A stretch of 64,000 bases of DNA, from the NCBI GenBank assembly GCA_021816765.1, contig JAKAXB010000007.1:51489-115488 (forward strand), given 5' to 3'. The notes beneath the pieces are model-generated. The model saw only the letters and a list, made by a program, of their open reading frames with translations. It did no database searches and was not told where the DNA came from. The DNA is from Natronospirales bacterium. GTDB lineage: Bacteria; Pseudomonadota; Gammaproteobacteria; Natronospirales; REEB76. How positions within the stretch are numbered: position 1 is the stretch's first letter; each line of letters begins with the position of its first letter. Below are positions 19,648-29,636 of the stretch, piece after piece. The translations under genes and the position numbers were made by a program.

Positions 19648-21843
19648 TTAATACATTCCCCACACCAGTTTTGCGATCACGGTATTGCCGGTAATGATTT
19701 GCTGACCCTGCAGCAGGTTGGGGTTGAGCGTCAGACCGTGGTTCCACACCAGATAGAAGATGCGATTTGGCTGGATGATCCATTGCAGGATCGCGTTCTC
19801 CGAGACATTGCGGCTGATATTGTTGTACTGCGTGAGGGTGGAGAGGGTGAGATTCGGCGTAAAGGAGTAGCCGAGATTGAGTTCCGACACGCGCACAATG
19901 CCGTTGCCCTGCGGGGTGTAAATCCAGATGACTCCCGACACAAGGCTCGTGGTGAAATGGCCGCCGGGCGCGGCCCAGGATACGTTCGGGAAAAAGTCAT
20001 GGTAGTGACCGTTGTAGAGATTTCCGGCTTCACCACTGAATCCAAAAACCAGCGGATTCGAGCTGGGCGAATTCATGTTGATATGGCTGGTGATGAAGTG
20101 ATAGCTGCCCGCCGGGATGGTTACGCCCGGAACGATCGCGTATGGCGCGGCCAGCACTTCATGATTCGCGCTGATCTGGGTGTTCCACTGCCAGCCGGTC
20201 TGGGTGGTGAATTGCAGCGGGTTGAATGACCAGTCGTCACTCTGGACGCGATTGTCGAGACCGGTGACGTAATACCAGTTGGCGTTGAAAAAGAACTGCC
20301 GCACCCAGGAAAGATCACTGTTCGCGCCGGGACGCGGCTGATAGGTGATATCCGTTGAGGTCTGCTTGGTGCCCGGGCGCTGGATGAAGCCGAGTGCGGG
20401 ATCCAGGGCATCACCGTAGAAGTTGTAGTTTAAATCCGCGTACCAGAGATCATTGGGGTATTCCAGATCGAAGCCGTAGCCATTGGGTGTGCCGGAAGGC
20501 AGGGTGTTGCCGGAAGAGCGCGCATCCCAGGCGGAAAGGTTCAGGTTCTTGTCGCCACGGAAGGTGGAGGTGCTCCAGGTGCTGTCGAAGGCGGTGAGGG
20601 TGTTGCTGCCCTGGCCGGTGGGATCGCCTTGGGTCACGAGTGTGCCCACGCGCCACTGGCTGTTGATATTGTAGGACGCCCGGCCGGCAAACAGATTGGT
20701 GGCATTCGATACGCTGGTTCCCGCCATTTGCGTATCCAGCAGGCCCAGCGTCCAGCCGTCCGTGTGACCCAGCAGTTTCACGCCCTCATCCAGCGGCACG
20801 GTCTCGCCGTTCACCAGACCAATGCTGCGCGAATAGAACGGAATGAAGTTCTGGCCGAGATTGTGACCGAAGGTAAAGATATTGGCGCCGTCCAGGAAGA
20901 AGGCACGGGTTTCCGGGATGGACTGCGGGTAGGGTGAGGCGTTCACCTGCAGCGAGTTGGCCTGGGCTTCCGAGAAGTCCGTGTGGTAGGTGAACCGGCC
21001 CGCGAGTTCCGGGGTGAAGTTGTACTTGAGATCGAAACCGGTCCAGCTCGCGGTGCCGTGTTTCGCGTCGCTGTATTCCGTGACCGCGTAGGGATCAAAT
21101 TCGAGGCCACCGCCCTGGCTCAGTCCCCGCATCCCCGCCAGCGTGCCCTCCCACTGCAGATTGGTGGGGTTGGCGTTCAAGTTGATGCCGGACCAGGTCA
21201 GGGTGAGCTGCTTGCGGGGCACGTAGCGGCTGACGTTCAGGCCCCAAACCGCGTTGCGGTTGTTGAACTGCAGGCTCCGGGTATTGATGGCGATCTCGGC
21301 GCTCCAGCCGCTGGCGCTGCGCCTGACCGCCGCCTCCCAGTAACCGTTCCAGCTGTAGTCCACCGGACTGTTGCTGTTGGGATTGGCGTAGCCGGGGGAA
21401 ATCAGGCCATCGGCCATGGCGCCGCCGGCATTCACCTGGAACACGTAGGCGAGTTTGTGCTGATGGAAGGTGTCGAGCACGATCATGACGTTATCGTCAT
21501 GGGACTGGTCACCGTCGCGCTGCAGGGTGTGCACTGCGATTTTCGCGGGGTCCGGGTCGGTGCAGACGATGCCGAAATAGAGGTGCCGTTGGCCGCGCAG
21601 GATACGCACCGTGGTGGTGAAGGGCGTGGGCGCGCCGGGATGCGGGTTCTGCTGGGTGAGGGTGATGACCGGCGCGTGGCGCCAGGCGGGCGCGTTGAGA
21701 TCGCCGTCCAGAACGATGTGGCCGGTCAGGATGCCTGCCTTGACTGCGGGTAGCGCCGGTGGCGACGGCGCGGCCTGCAATGCACCGGCAGCCAGCAGTG
21801 CGGCAGATAGTGCGGACAAAGCGGGTCGGTTGAGGCTGAACAT
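19648..21843 (-). CDS. secreted CBM9-like / DUF5916 family outer-membrane protein
   Basis: Signal peptide ending ALQA. N-terminal DGDLNAPAWRHAP...DDNVMIVLDTF...WSAEIAI (CBM9-like), followed by a long beta-rich C-terminal part. Confidence 0.7.
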   Translation of the reverse strand: MFSLNRPALSALSAALLAAGALQAAPSPPALPAVKAGILTGHIVLDGDLNAPAWRHAPVITLTQQNPHPGAPTPFTTTVRILRGQRHLYFGIVCTDPDPAKIAVHTLQRDGDQSHDDNVMIVLDTFHQHKLAYVFQVNAGGAMADGLISPGYANPNSNSPVDYSWNGYWEAAVRRSASGWSAEIAINTRSLQFNNRNAVWGLNVSRYVPRKQLTLTWSGINLNANPTNLQWEGTLAGMRGLSQGGGLEFDPYAVTEYSDAKHGTASWTGFDLKYNFTPELAGRFTYHTDFSEAQANSLQVNASPYPQSIPETRAFFLDGANIFTFGHNLGQNFIPFYSRSIGLVNGETVPLDEGVKLLGHTDGWTLGLLDTQMAGTSVSNATNLFAGRASYNINSQWRVGTLVTQGDPTGQGSNTLTAFDSTWSTSTFRGDKNLNLSAWDARSSGNTLPSGTPNGYGFDLEYPNDLWYADLNYNFYGDALDPALGFIQRPGTKQTSTDITYQPRPGANSDLSWVRQFFFNANWYYVTGLDNRVQSDDWSFNPLQFTTQTGWQWNTQISANHEVLAAPYAIVPGVTIPAGSYHFITSHINMNSPSSNPLVFGFSGEAGNLYNGHYHDFFPNVSWAAPGGHFTTSLVSGVIWIYTPQGNGIVRVSELNLGYSFTPNLTLSTLTQYNNISRNVSENAILQWIIQPNRIFYLVWNHGLTLNPNLLQGQQIITGNTVIAKLVWGMY

Positions 21844-21972
21844 GACGTTCCTCGGTAGGGACGAATTAGATTGGGAAACAGGCCGCGGGTTCAGGCGCGT
21901 GCGGGCAGCGGCGTGCTTAGGGCGGCGAAGTGCAGTGCGGCGGGATTGGCAGCATGGTGGACTCCCGGGCGA

Positions 21973-22692
21973 TCAGTTGGGCGGGCAGGTGGGTATGCGC
22001 ACGCCGGCAGGCGCCACACCGGGGAATTTCACAGCCGTCACACCGGTGACGCCATGGATCACGGCGCTGTCGCTCACGTAGAGTTTGCCGGGGCGTTCGA
22101 AGGTAATGGTGCCGTTTACCCTGGTGTGCGGGCCCACGATCAGGCGAGGCTCATGGTTGCTCGGTTCGGTAGCGTTGGGTTTCTTGGCGGTCACGTTTCC
22201 CTGCACAACGGTATCGTCCGTGAGCAGCACCGTGCCATGGTAGAAACTCAGATTACCGTCCACCTGCGCACCGCAGAGCGCGATGTCGCCGTTCACGTCA
22301 CGCACGGTGCCGCCGATGTGTGCGCCGCCGGCGGCGTGGATATCGCCGTTCACCGTAGCCAGATTGTCGGTGAGCGTATCTTTGCCCAGCACCAGGTCGC
22401 CGTTGACGGCTTTCAGATCGCCGGCGTGCACGCCTTCGGCGAGCGTGATATTACCGTTGATGCCGGTGAGACTGCCGGTTTGAGCGCCCGTGGCCACGTT
22501 GATGCGGCCGTTGATGGTGCGCAGACTGCCGTCCACCACAGCGCCGGTGCCGACGCTGATTTCGCCGTTGATCGTGCTGCTGCCACTCGACCAGTGCGCG
22601 TGGGCCGGGACCGTGATGTTCTTGTTGACATTGCAGCCGGCCAGCAGCAGGGTGAGGGCCGGAAGCGCAAGCGACAGATGGCGGATTTTCAT
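21973..22692 (-). CDS. lipoprotein with repeated (I/V)NG(D/N/R)I beta-helix repeats
   Basis: Lipobox LLLAGC. About 10 repeats of the type INGEISV, INGRINV, INGNITL, VNGDLVL, VNGDIHA, VNGDIAL. It lies 18 bp downstream of the DUF4097 gene. Confidence 0.6.
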   Translation of the reverse strand: MKIRHLSLALPALTLLLAGCNVNKNITVPAHAHWSSGSSTINGEISVGTGAVVDGSLRTINGRINVATGAQTGSLTGINGNITLAEGVHAGDLKAVNGDLVLGKDTLTDNLATVNGDIHAAGGAHIGGTVRDVNGDIALCGAQVDGNLSFYHGTVLLTDDTVVQGNVTAKKPNATEPSNHEPRLIVGPHTRVNGTITFERPGKLYVSDSAVIHGVTGVTAVKFPGVAPAGVRIPTCPPN

Positions 22693-22709
22693 GGCAATGG
22701 CCCTTGCGA

Positions 22710-24011
22710 TTATTTTTGTGACACGCTGATGTCGCCGCTGCCGGTCTCAAGGTTCGCGCTGCCCTTGGCACCATTCACGTCCGCGCGCAGATAGCCCCGC
22801 TTGACGGTGATGTTCCGCATATCGGGCAGGTTTACGTGCACTTCACCCGAATCGGAATCGGCGACGATGTGCAGCGAAGGCACGGCAGTGGTATGGATCA
22901 CGATGTCGCCGCTGCCGGTTTTGGCCACCAGGCGCGTGACGCCGCCCAGGTCACCCCGCACGCTGATCTCACCGCTGCCGGTGCCGAGATTCACGGTGCC
23001 GGCGGCGGTCAGCGCATGGACGGTAATGTCACCGCTGCCGGTGCCGGCTTTAAGCTGGGAAGTCGCCGCCTTTTTGATGCTGATGTCACCTGAGCCGGTG
23101 GAAAAATCGCCGCTGCCGGTGAGATTGTTCACCACCACGTCGCCGGAGCCGGTCGAGACCTCGAGTGCCAGTACCACCTCGGCGGCGTTCACATCGCCCG
23201 AGCCGGTATCAATCCTTGCCCGACCGTGTTGGGCCTGATTGAGTATCACATCGCCCGAGCCGGTGGACACCTTGAGGTCGCCGCTGCTCTTTCCGATACG
23301 TACATCCCCGGAGCCGGTGCTGGCAGAAAGCGAACCCGTGAGGCTGCTGATGCGCACGTCACCGCTGCCGGTTTTGGCGCTCACCGCGCCCTGGATATGT
23401 CCGGCGTACAAATCGCCACTGGCGCCCGCCAGTTTCACATCGCTGTGCAGGCCCTCGGCGCTCACCAGGCCCACATAGTTGGTGAATTCCCCGGCGGTGC
23501 CGGCCGGCAGGGTTACGGCCACGTTCACGTGCAGCGGCACCCCGCGGTTACCGCCGTACACCCGGACGCGCTCGCCCTGGTAGCGCAGATCGGTTTCGCC
23601 GCCGCTGAAGCAGAAGAACAGGATGCAGAGATTGTTGCCGCTGTGTTCCTTGTTTTCAGCGTTGTGCGGGACGTAGCTGTAGGTGTCGTACCGGTCCACG
23701 GGGTAGTCCACATGCACGCTTACCTGACCCTCCTCGCTGGATACGGAAAGTTTCACGCGTTTGGCAAGCGCCTCTGCAGCGGCCTGATCCTTGCCGCCCG
23801 CCACCACCGTGGCGGTGACCTGGAACTGGCTCCCCGGAATGACGGTCATATGACCAGCGAGGTTTTCCACGCGTACCCGGCTGCCGGCAGGTACGGCGGG
23901 ACTCTGGGTGAGGGTGGTCCGAACGACCGTTGCGGTGGCCCAGGCCGGCTGGAGCAGGGTCCCGAGGACCAGCAGGGATACGCTGAGCAGGACAAGGTGG
24001 CGGGGCCGCAT
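22710..24011 (-). CDS. DUF4097 family beta-strand repeat protein (putative adhesin-like), secreted
   Basis: Signal peptide ending AWA. About 14 TGSGD(V/I) repeats in the C-terminal half. Confidence 0.7.
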   Translation of the reverse strand: MRPRHLVLLSVSLLVLGTLLQPAWATATVVRTTLTQSPAVPAGSRVRVENLAGHMTVIPGSQFQVTATVVAGGKDQAAAEALAKRVKLSVSSEEGQVSVHVDYPVDRYDTYSYVPHNAENKEHSGNNLCILFFCFSGGETDLRYQGERVRVYGGNRGVPLHVNVAVTLPAGTAGEFTNYVGLVSAEGLHSDVKLAGASGDLYAGHIQGAVSAKTGSGDVRISSLTGSLSASTGSGDVRIGKSSGDLKVSTGSGDVILNQAQHGRARIDTGSGDVNAAEVVLALEVSTGSGDVVVNNLTGSGDFSTGSGDISIKKAATSQLKAGTGSGDITVHALTAAGTVNLGTGSGEISVRGDLGGVTRLVAKTGSGDIVIHTTAVPSLHIVADSDSGEVHVNLPDMRNITVKRGYLRADVNGAKGSANLETGSGDISVSQK

Positions 24012-24248
24012 GAGGGTATTTCCTAGTTAGTGATATACTCCACTATAACACATGGAAACCGTTTGTCAAGGTTATGGCAGCAAGGTATGCGGCAGCTTGC
24101 GCTGGCGCTGGGAGAGAGTCCCGTTTCCCGACGAATCCCCTATACCCTAACAGTGGCGTAGTTTCCAGGATCAAGAAGCTCCTGCTCCCGCTGGAGCCAA
24201 GCCCATGTGGTCTGCCAATCCGCCTCACACTGAACTTTGGAGGTTGCC

Positions 24249-25595
24249 ATGAAACGCTGTCTTTACCTGCTTTTCGCCTTGTTGCCGGCCGCCGCTTGGG
24301 CACAGCCGGTCACTGTCCCACCCCAGGAGCATCCGGTGCTGCGGGAGATCGTCGGTGCGATCCACACCGATGAACTGCGTGCCATTGACACGCGTCTGGT
24401 GGATTTCGGCACGCGCCACACGCTGTCCATCACCACCTCGCCGACCCGCGGCATCGGCGCTGCGCGCCGCTGGGTGAAGGTCCAGTTCGAGGAGATCTCC
24501 CGCGGCTGCGGCGGCTGTCTCGAGGTGATTACGCCGTCCCAAGTGGTCGCCGGCCCGGGAATCCCCAAACCCACGGAAGTCATGGATGTGGTGGCTATCC
24601 AGAAGGGTACGACCGACCCCAACCGCTATATCGTCATGACCGCGCACCTGGATTCGCGGGTGGCGAACATCATGAATTCCACTTCCAATGCCCCCGGCGC
24701 CGATGACGACGGTTCCGGAGTTACCGCCATCATTGAGACCGCGCGGGTGCTGTCCAAGTACAAATTCAATGCCACCATCGTGTACTCCGCCGATTCCGGC
24801 GAGGAGCAGGGGCTGTACGGCGGCAAGATCATCGCCCGGTACGCGAAAGCCCACGGCTGGAATGTGGAAGCCGACATCAACAACGACATGATCGGCAACA
24901 GCCAGGGTTCCGACGGCGTGGTGGACAATATTCAGGTACGGGTGTTTTCCGAAGGCATCAGCCCCAACGTCACGCCTGCGGAGATCAAGTATCTGTACTA
25001 CCACGGCGGTGAGGTGGACTCGCCCGCCCGCCAGGTGGCGCGTTACATGGCGGTGTTGTGCCAGCAGTACGTGCCGAATCTGAAGGTCATGCTCATGTAC
25101 CGCGACGACCGCTTCGGCCGCGGCGGCGACCAGATGGAGTTTGACGCGCTGGGGTATCCGGCGGTACGGGTCACCGAGGCTCACGAGAACTTCACCCGCC
25201 AGCACAACGACGTCAAGATGATTGACGGCGTGCAGCACGGCGACTTGCTCTCGGGCGTGGACTTCACCTACGCCCGCAAGATCACCGCGCTCGACGCCAT
25301 TACGCTCGCGTCCCTCGCCTGGGCACCGGCTCCGCCCTCGGGGGTGGGGATCGCGGGCGCGGTCACGCCCAATACCACGGTAAGTTGGAAACCAGTCGCA
25401 GATGCGACCGGCTACCGCGTGTACTGGCGCGACACCACCGCGCCGCTCTGGACCCATTCCGAATACGTGGGCGATGTCACCCGGCACGAGCTTCGGGACA
25501 TCAGCATAGACAATTATTTCTTCGGCGTGGCGAGTATCTCGAAGGACGGTTTCGAGTCACCGGTGGTATTCCCCGGGCCCACCGGCGCGTTCTGA
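24249..25595 (+). CDS. M28 family metallopeptidase with C-terminal FN3-like domain
   Basis: ATG at 24249 after GGAGG, with a signal peptide. Motifs HLDS, GADDDGSG and SGEEQGLYG. The C-terminus contains WKPVADATGYRVYWR. Confidence 0.8.
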   Translation: MKRCLYLLFALLPAAAWAQPVTVPPQEHPVLREIVGAIHTDELRAIDTRLVDFGTRHTLSITTSPTRGIGAARRWVKVQFEEISRGCGGCLEVITPSQVVAGPGIPKPTEVMDVVAIQKGTTDPNRYIVMTAHLDSRVANIMNSTSNAPGADDDGSGVTAIIETARVLSKYKFNATIVYSADSGEEQGLYGGKIIARYAKAHGWNVEADINNDMIGNSQGSDGVVDNIQVRVFSEGISPNVTPAEIKYLYYHGGEVDSPARQVARYMAVLCQQYVPNLKVMLMYRDDRFGRGGDQMEFDALGYPAVRVTEAHENFTRQHNDVKMIDGVQHGDLLSGVDFTYARKITALDAITLASLAWAPAPPSGVGIAGAVTPNTTVSWKPVADATGYRVYWRDTTAPLWTHSEYVGDVTRHELRDISIDNYFFGVASISKDGFESPVVFPGPTGAF

Positions 25596-25607
25596 CGAGC
25601 AGACGCA

Positions 25608-25637
25608 CCCTCGGCGGCGCGGAAGCGCCGCCGAGGG
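25608..25637. terminator. perfect 13-bp stem hairpin between convergent genes
   Basis: CCCTCGGCGGCGC GGAA GCGCCGCCGAGGG. It lies between the M28 stop (25595) and the MAPEG stop (25645). There is no T-run. Confidence 0.55.
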
Positions 25638-25644
25638 AACCGGA

Positions 25645-26043
25645 TTACATCGCCTGCAACAGGGCGATGGCGATGAGCAGTTCCCCCACCACGCCAACCG
25701 TGAAGGCGAGGGTGCGCAGTCCGGGAATGCCGAGGGTGTAGATGATGTAATGGGCGAGTCGCGCCCAGAAGTACAGTGCGCAGCCCAGTACCGTGAGGTG
25801 ATTGCTCACGCCGGCGAACTGCGCGGCGGCCACCAGTGCGGCGAACACCACCAGATTTTCCACCGCGTTGGCATGTGCGCGTTGCGCGCGTTGTGCCCAC
25901 TCATGCTGCGGTTTGTCGGCAGCGTTCGGGTTCGCCAGGGTGCCCATAAGGCCGCGCACTGTCATGCGGTCGAGCACGTAAGGAACAAAGAACAATCCCG
26001 TCATCATGGCGGTGATCGCGAGCCAGAAGACTTCAGGTTTCAT
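25645..26043 (-). CDS. MAPEG family membrane protein
   Basis: ATG at 26043 after GAGGGAGA. About 132 aa with 3-4 TM segments, containing RAHANAVENL. Confidence 0.7.
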   Translation of the reverse strand: MKPEVFWLAITAMMTGLFFVPYVLDRMTVRGLMGTLANPNAADKPQHEWAQRAQRAHANAVENLVVFAALVAAAQFAGVSNHLTVLGCALYFWARLAHYIIYTLGIPGLRTLAFTVGVVGELLIAIALLQAM

Positions 26044-26176
26044 TTTGATTTCTCCCTCAATGTGGGTGAGCCGGGGTGTCAAAGCTCCGGACAGGGCAGA
26101 TTATCCGCCGGTCCATCCACAGTTGGAGTGATTTCAGTACAAAATGAAAGAACAAACCGGGTTGTGGCCGGGCTGA

Positions 26177-27826
26177 CTAGTGCAACAGGCCGAATACCGC
26201 CACGCCATCCGTTGTTCCCACGAAGACTTTGCCGTTGGCTATGGTGGGGGTAATGAATTTGTTGCCCGGGCCGAACCGGTCACGGCTGCCAACCTGATTA
26301 CTGTCGTAGAGTTCATGGGCGAGATTGCCGGCGTCGTAGGCATACAGCACCGCCGGGTTGCTGTTGTCCACGGCCCAGAGGATAGCGTTGCTGCTGCCGT
26401 CGGCGGAGAGGCTGGGTGTGGCACCCGGATAGGGGAATCGGTTGGTAGTTTCCGATACCGGTGTGGCGGAGAGTTTCGCCTGGCGGATGCTGAAAGCGCG
26501 GATCACGTCGTCTGCGGCGCCGTAGTACAGCGTGCCGTTGAAGTAGGCTGACATGCCGAATTCCGGACCACCGAGGCCTTGGGGCAGTTCCTGCCAGATG
26601 TGGTTGGCAGTGGGGCTGAATTTTCCCATGTTGTCCCGGTTCACCACATAGATATTCCGGTCCTTGCCGGCGCCCACCGCCAGACGGCGTACCTGACCAT
26701 GCGCATCGGTGAAATCCGGCAGCACCAGCACCCCGCCGGAACCAAAATCCTCGTCGGCGCTGGATTCCGCCACGGTGTTGTCCATGGTGAAATAGTCCGC
26801 CACCGTGAGCCTATGGTTGGCGGTCGAAATTTTGAGGAACGCGTTGCCGTAGTCATGGTGGATGGGGAAGCCGTTGGCATCGAGCGTGGTATCAAAGGTA
26901 CCGTTACCGGCGAGAAAATAAATGTTGCCGACGTTGTCGGCCGCCGGGCCGGCGCCTGAGGCCCAGATGGAACCTTCGCTGCCGTTGGGTGTGATGTCGA
27001 GCACCCGGCTGCGGGTGAGCGTGGATTCGTTGTAGCCGATGATCCAGCCGGTGTAAGGCCGGTGGTCGCAGTGCGAGGACCAGAAGGTATAGACCACGCC
27101 ATTGAGCAGCAGCAGCCCGGGCCGTTCCTTGTACTGCGCCGGGGCGAAGATCACCCGGCCCTTGACGCTGTCGTCGCCCGTGCCGGGATAACTCGCCTGT
27201 ACCGTCACCGGACTACCCGGCCGCTCGGCACCGGTGGCGAGGTCGAGCGCGTGCAGACGCTGGTAATAATTGCCGGCGCCGTCGTTGGACATGGCCACTA
27301 CGAAGAGCGTGCCATGGGGGCCGGCGGTGGGATCAATCACCGGCGTGGCGGTGATGCCGATTTCCGGCGTCACCTGGCCGCAGCCGCGGTTGTCGCTCGG
27401 GGTTTCGCCCGCGCCGAGCAGCGACACCCGCCACAGCACCGCACCCGAGTCGGCGTCGAAGGCGTACATGCTGTCGTGCTCGGTGGCGACATACAGCACG
27501 TTGCGGGTTGTACCGTTGATGCCGAGCGCCGAGACGTACAGCGGCTGGGCGTCCACCTTGCCGTCCACCGGGAAAAAATTGATCCGGCCGAAATCGGCGG
27601 CATTGACGTTGGCGGGTGTGAGTACCGTTTCCTGCAGGTTGGCACCGGTGCGTGCGTTGTCGTTGTGGTAGGTGAGCACGTTGACGCTGCCCACGCTCGG
27701 CGGCGGAGTGCTGCCCACGGGAGGGTCGGGGGTGACGCTGCTGCTGCCGCAGGCCGCGAGCAACAGCGTGATACCTGCGACAAGCCCGCGCCTGCAAAGC
27801 GCTTCCTGGTGCCTGCTCCCGTCCAT
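26177..27826 (-). CDS. PQQ-like beta-propeller repeat lipoprotein
   Basis: ATG at 27826 after AGGAGA, lipobox LLLAAC. Repeated YAFDADSGAVLW / HALDLATGA type blades. Confidence 0.7.
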   Translation of the reverse strand: MDGSRHQEALCRRGLVAGITLLLAACGSSSVTPDPPVGSTPPPSVGSVNVLTYHNDNARTGANLQETVLTPANVNAADFGRINFFPVDGKVDAQPLYVSALGINGTTRNVLYVATEHDSMYAFDADSGAVLWRVSLLGAGETPSDNRGCGQVTPEIGITATPVIDPTAGPHGTLFVVAMSNDGAGNYYQRLHALDLATGAERPGSPVTVQASYPGTGDDSVKGRVIFAPAQYKERPGLLLLNGVVYTFWSSHCDHRPYTGWIIGYNESTLTRSRVLDITPNGSEGSIWASGAGPAADNVGNIYFLAGNGTFDTTLDANGFPIHHDYGNAFLKISTANHRLTVADYFTMDNTVAESSADEDFGSGGVLVLPDFTDAHGQVRRLAVGAGKDRNIYVVNRDNMGKFSPTANHIWQELPQGLGGPEFGMSAYFNGTLYYGAADDVIRAFSIRQAKLSATPVSETTNRFPYPGATPSLSADGSSNAILWAVDNSNPAVLYAYDAGNLAHELYDSNQVGSRDRFGPGNKFITPTIANGKVFVGTTDGVAVFGLLH

Positions 27827-28284
27827 ACCCTGTCTCTCCTGCTGCAGCCGGCCATTCCAGTATAAACGCCCGGCTGAGTCCGCCCGAATACCTATTGACT
27901 CCGCCGGCGTCTTGTCCTGGATAGATGCGCGCGGTAACCGCGCGCGGGGCCGCGCCGCGCTCACTGCGTGGCAGCTCGACCGGGGTGGACAGGAAATACG
28001 ACAGGCAGCGGGCGCCGACGTATTTCGCTTTCACGAACAGCGCTTCGAAGACCGCCGCGTTCGCGGTACCCGCGCTGTAACCGAGCGCCAGTGTGCGGTC
28101 GTGTATCTGCCGGTGGCCGCCGGTGATAAGCAGTGTGGTGAAGTGCGGTGCAGCCGATGCGTTATCTGGACGGAGAACGTAGAGTGGATGCTGTCAGTGG
28201 ATTGCAATGCAGCAGACTGCCGTTCACGCGAGATCTTCCAAGCACGCGGCGGGGTGAGGCGATGTTAGCAGGGATCGCCGCGGT

Positions 28285-29598
28285 TCAGAGCGGATCCGCC
28301 GCGGCCACGGCCGGCCTCGCGCGGGTGGGAATGGCTACCGAAGTGACCCAGCGGCCGTGTGCGCCGGGTCCGGATTCCAGACGATAGTGGCTGCCGTAGA
28401 TGGCGAACAGCCGGCGGCGAGTGTTCCTGAGACCCAAGCCGCCGCCCGGCTCGGCGGCATCGGTGCTGTTGGCAGGTGCGGTGTTCATTAGCGTGAAGGT
28501 GATAAATTCCCCGGCATGATGTCCCGAGATTTCCACCGTGTCTCTACCCGGCACCTTGTCCACTCCATGCTTGATGGCGTTTTCCACCAGCGGTACCAGC
28601 AGGAAAGTCGGGATGCTGCAGTCCAGCGCCCGCGCGTCCAGTTTCAGGTTGACGCTCAATCGGTCCTCGTAACGTGATTTCATCACTGCCAGGTAGCGTT
28701 CTACGAACCGCACCTCCTCCCTGACGGTGGTGAACTCATGGTGGCCGTCGGCGAGGCTGCGGCGCAGCAGTGTGCCGAGCTCGGTGAGCAGTTTCTCCGC
28801 GCGGTCCGGGTCCTCGTGGATCAGCGCCACAACGGTGTTGAGCGCATTGAAGAAGAAATGCGGATTGAGCTGGCCACGCAGCGTGCCGAGCCGCGCTTCC
28901 AGCCACTTGGAGCGCAGCTGGACCGCTTTGAGTTGTTCCGACTTGAAGCGCAGGAATGCATGGATGGCGAATATCAGCACCAGCCCCAACAGGTACACAA
29001 TGGAATACTGAATCGTGGTGGCGAGCCAGATCTGCCAGGGACCGATGTAGCCGATAACTTGGTTTAGCGTATGTGCCGCGGCGAAAGTGCGGTTTGCCAG
29101 GTAGTAGGAGACGACCAGGGCGGGGCGCGCCAGCGATGAAAATACCAGCGCCAGAGCTATCTGTTTGAGGATGAACCGGCCTGTCCGGCGCCGCCGCAAG
29201 GGGATGCTGACGGCGATGAAATACACGCCTACGAGCAGGGGAAACAGCAAGCCGCGCGTCAGAATGCGCTGCCCAATGTCGTCGAAGCTGATACCTTTCC
29301 CCCCGCTCGCGTTGCCGAGCAACATCACCAGGATGTCCCAGGTAGTCGCATAAATCCACAGCGGAATGCTCACAACCAGCACGATAAGCAGTCGCCGCCA
29401 GATCCGGGAAGCGGGCTTTTGAAGGAGCGTGACCCATGCCGAACCGGCGGGTGGGGAAACAGGCAGTGGGGCCGGCTGGTTGACGGCGTCAGTACTGTCG
29501 GAGGAAAGGGTGTTCACGGTTTTTGGCAGCAATTCAGCCGGGGTTCCGGGGGCACTGTGAGCGGACGGCCGCGACCGCTTGATGATATCGCCAATCAA
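28285..29598 (-). CDS. LytS/YehU-type sensor histidine kinase
   Basis: Multi-TM N-terminus. His_kinase region QLNPHFFFNALNT and HATPase region LVENAIKHG...GGLGLRN. The start (TTG) is uncertain. Confidence 0.8.
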   Translation of the reverse strand: MIGDIIKRSRPSAHSAPGTPAELLPKTVNTLSSDSTDAVNQPAPLPVSPPAGSAWVTLLQKPASRIWRRLLIVLVVSIPLWIYATTWDILVMLLGNASGGKGISFDDIGQRILTRGLLFPLLVGVYFIAVSIPLRRRRTGRFILKQIALALVFSSLARPALVVSYYLANRTFAAAHTLNQVIGYIGPWQIWLATTIQYSIVYLLGLVLIFAIHAFLRFKSEQLKAVQLRSKWLEARLGTLRGQLNPHFFFNALNTVVALIHEDPDRAEKLLTELGTLLRRSLADGHHEFTTVREEVRFVERYLAVMKSRYEDRLSVNLKLDARALDCSIPTFLLVPLVENAIKHGVDKVPGRDTVEISGHHAGEFITFTLMNTAPANSTDAAEPGGGLGLRNTRRRLFAIYGSHYRLESGPGAHGRWVTSVAIPTRARPAVAAADPL

Positions 29599-29636
29599 GC
29601 TGCGCCGCTTTTCGGGCGGTAGCGCTGCGGAATTGC

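Noticed and set aside
27965-28190. Minus-strand frame reading ..HFTTLLITGGHRQIHDRTLALGYSAGTANAAVFEALF.., with a GYSAG nucleophile-elbow-like motif suggesting an alpha/beta-hydrolase fragment between the kinase and the propeller gene.
   Set aside because: Only about 70 codons are open after a TGA. There is no start codon, and the frame runs out of phase into the propeller gene. One GxSxG match is too weak. At most this is a gene remnant, and I cannot support it without a database search.
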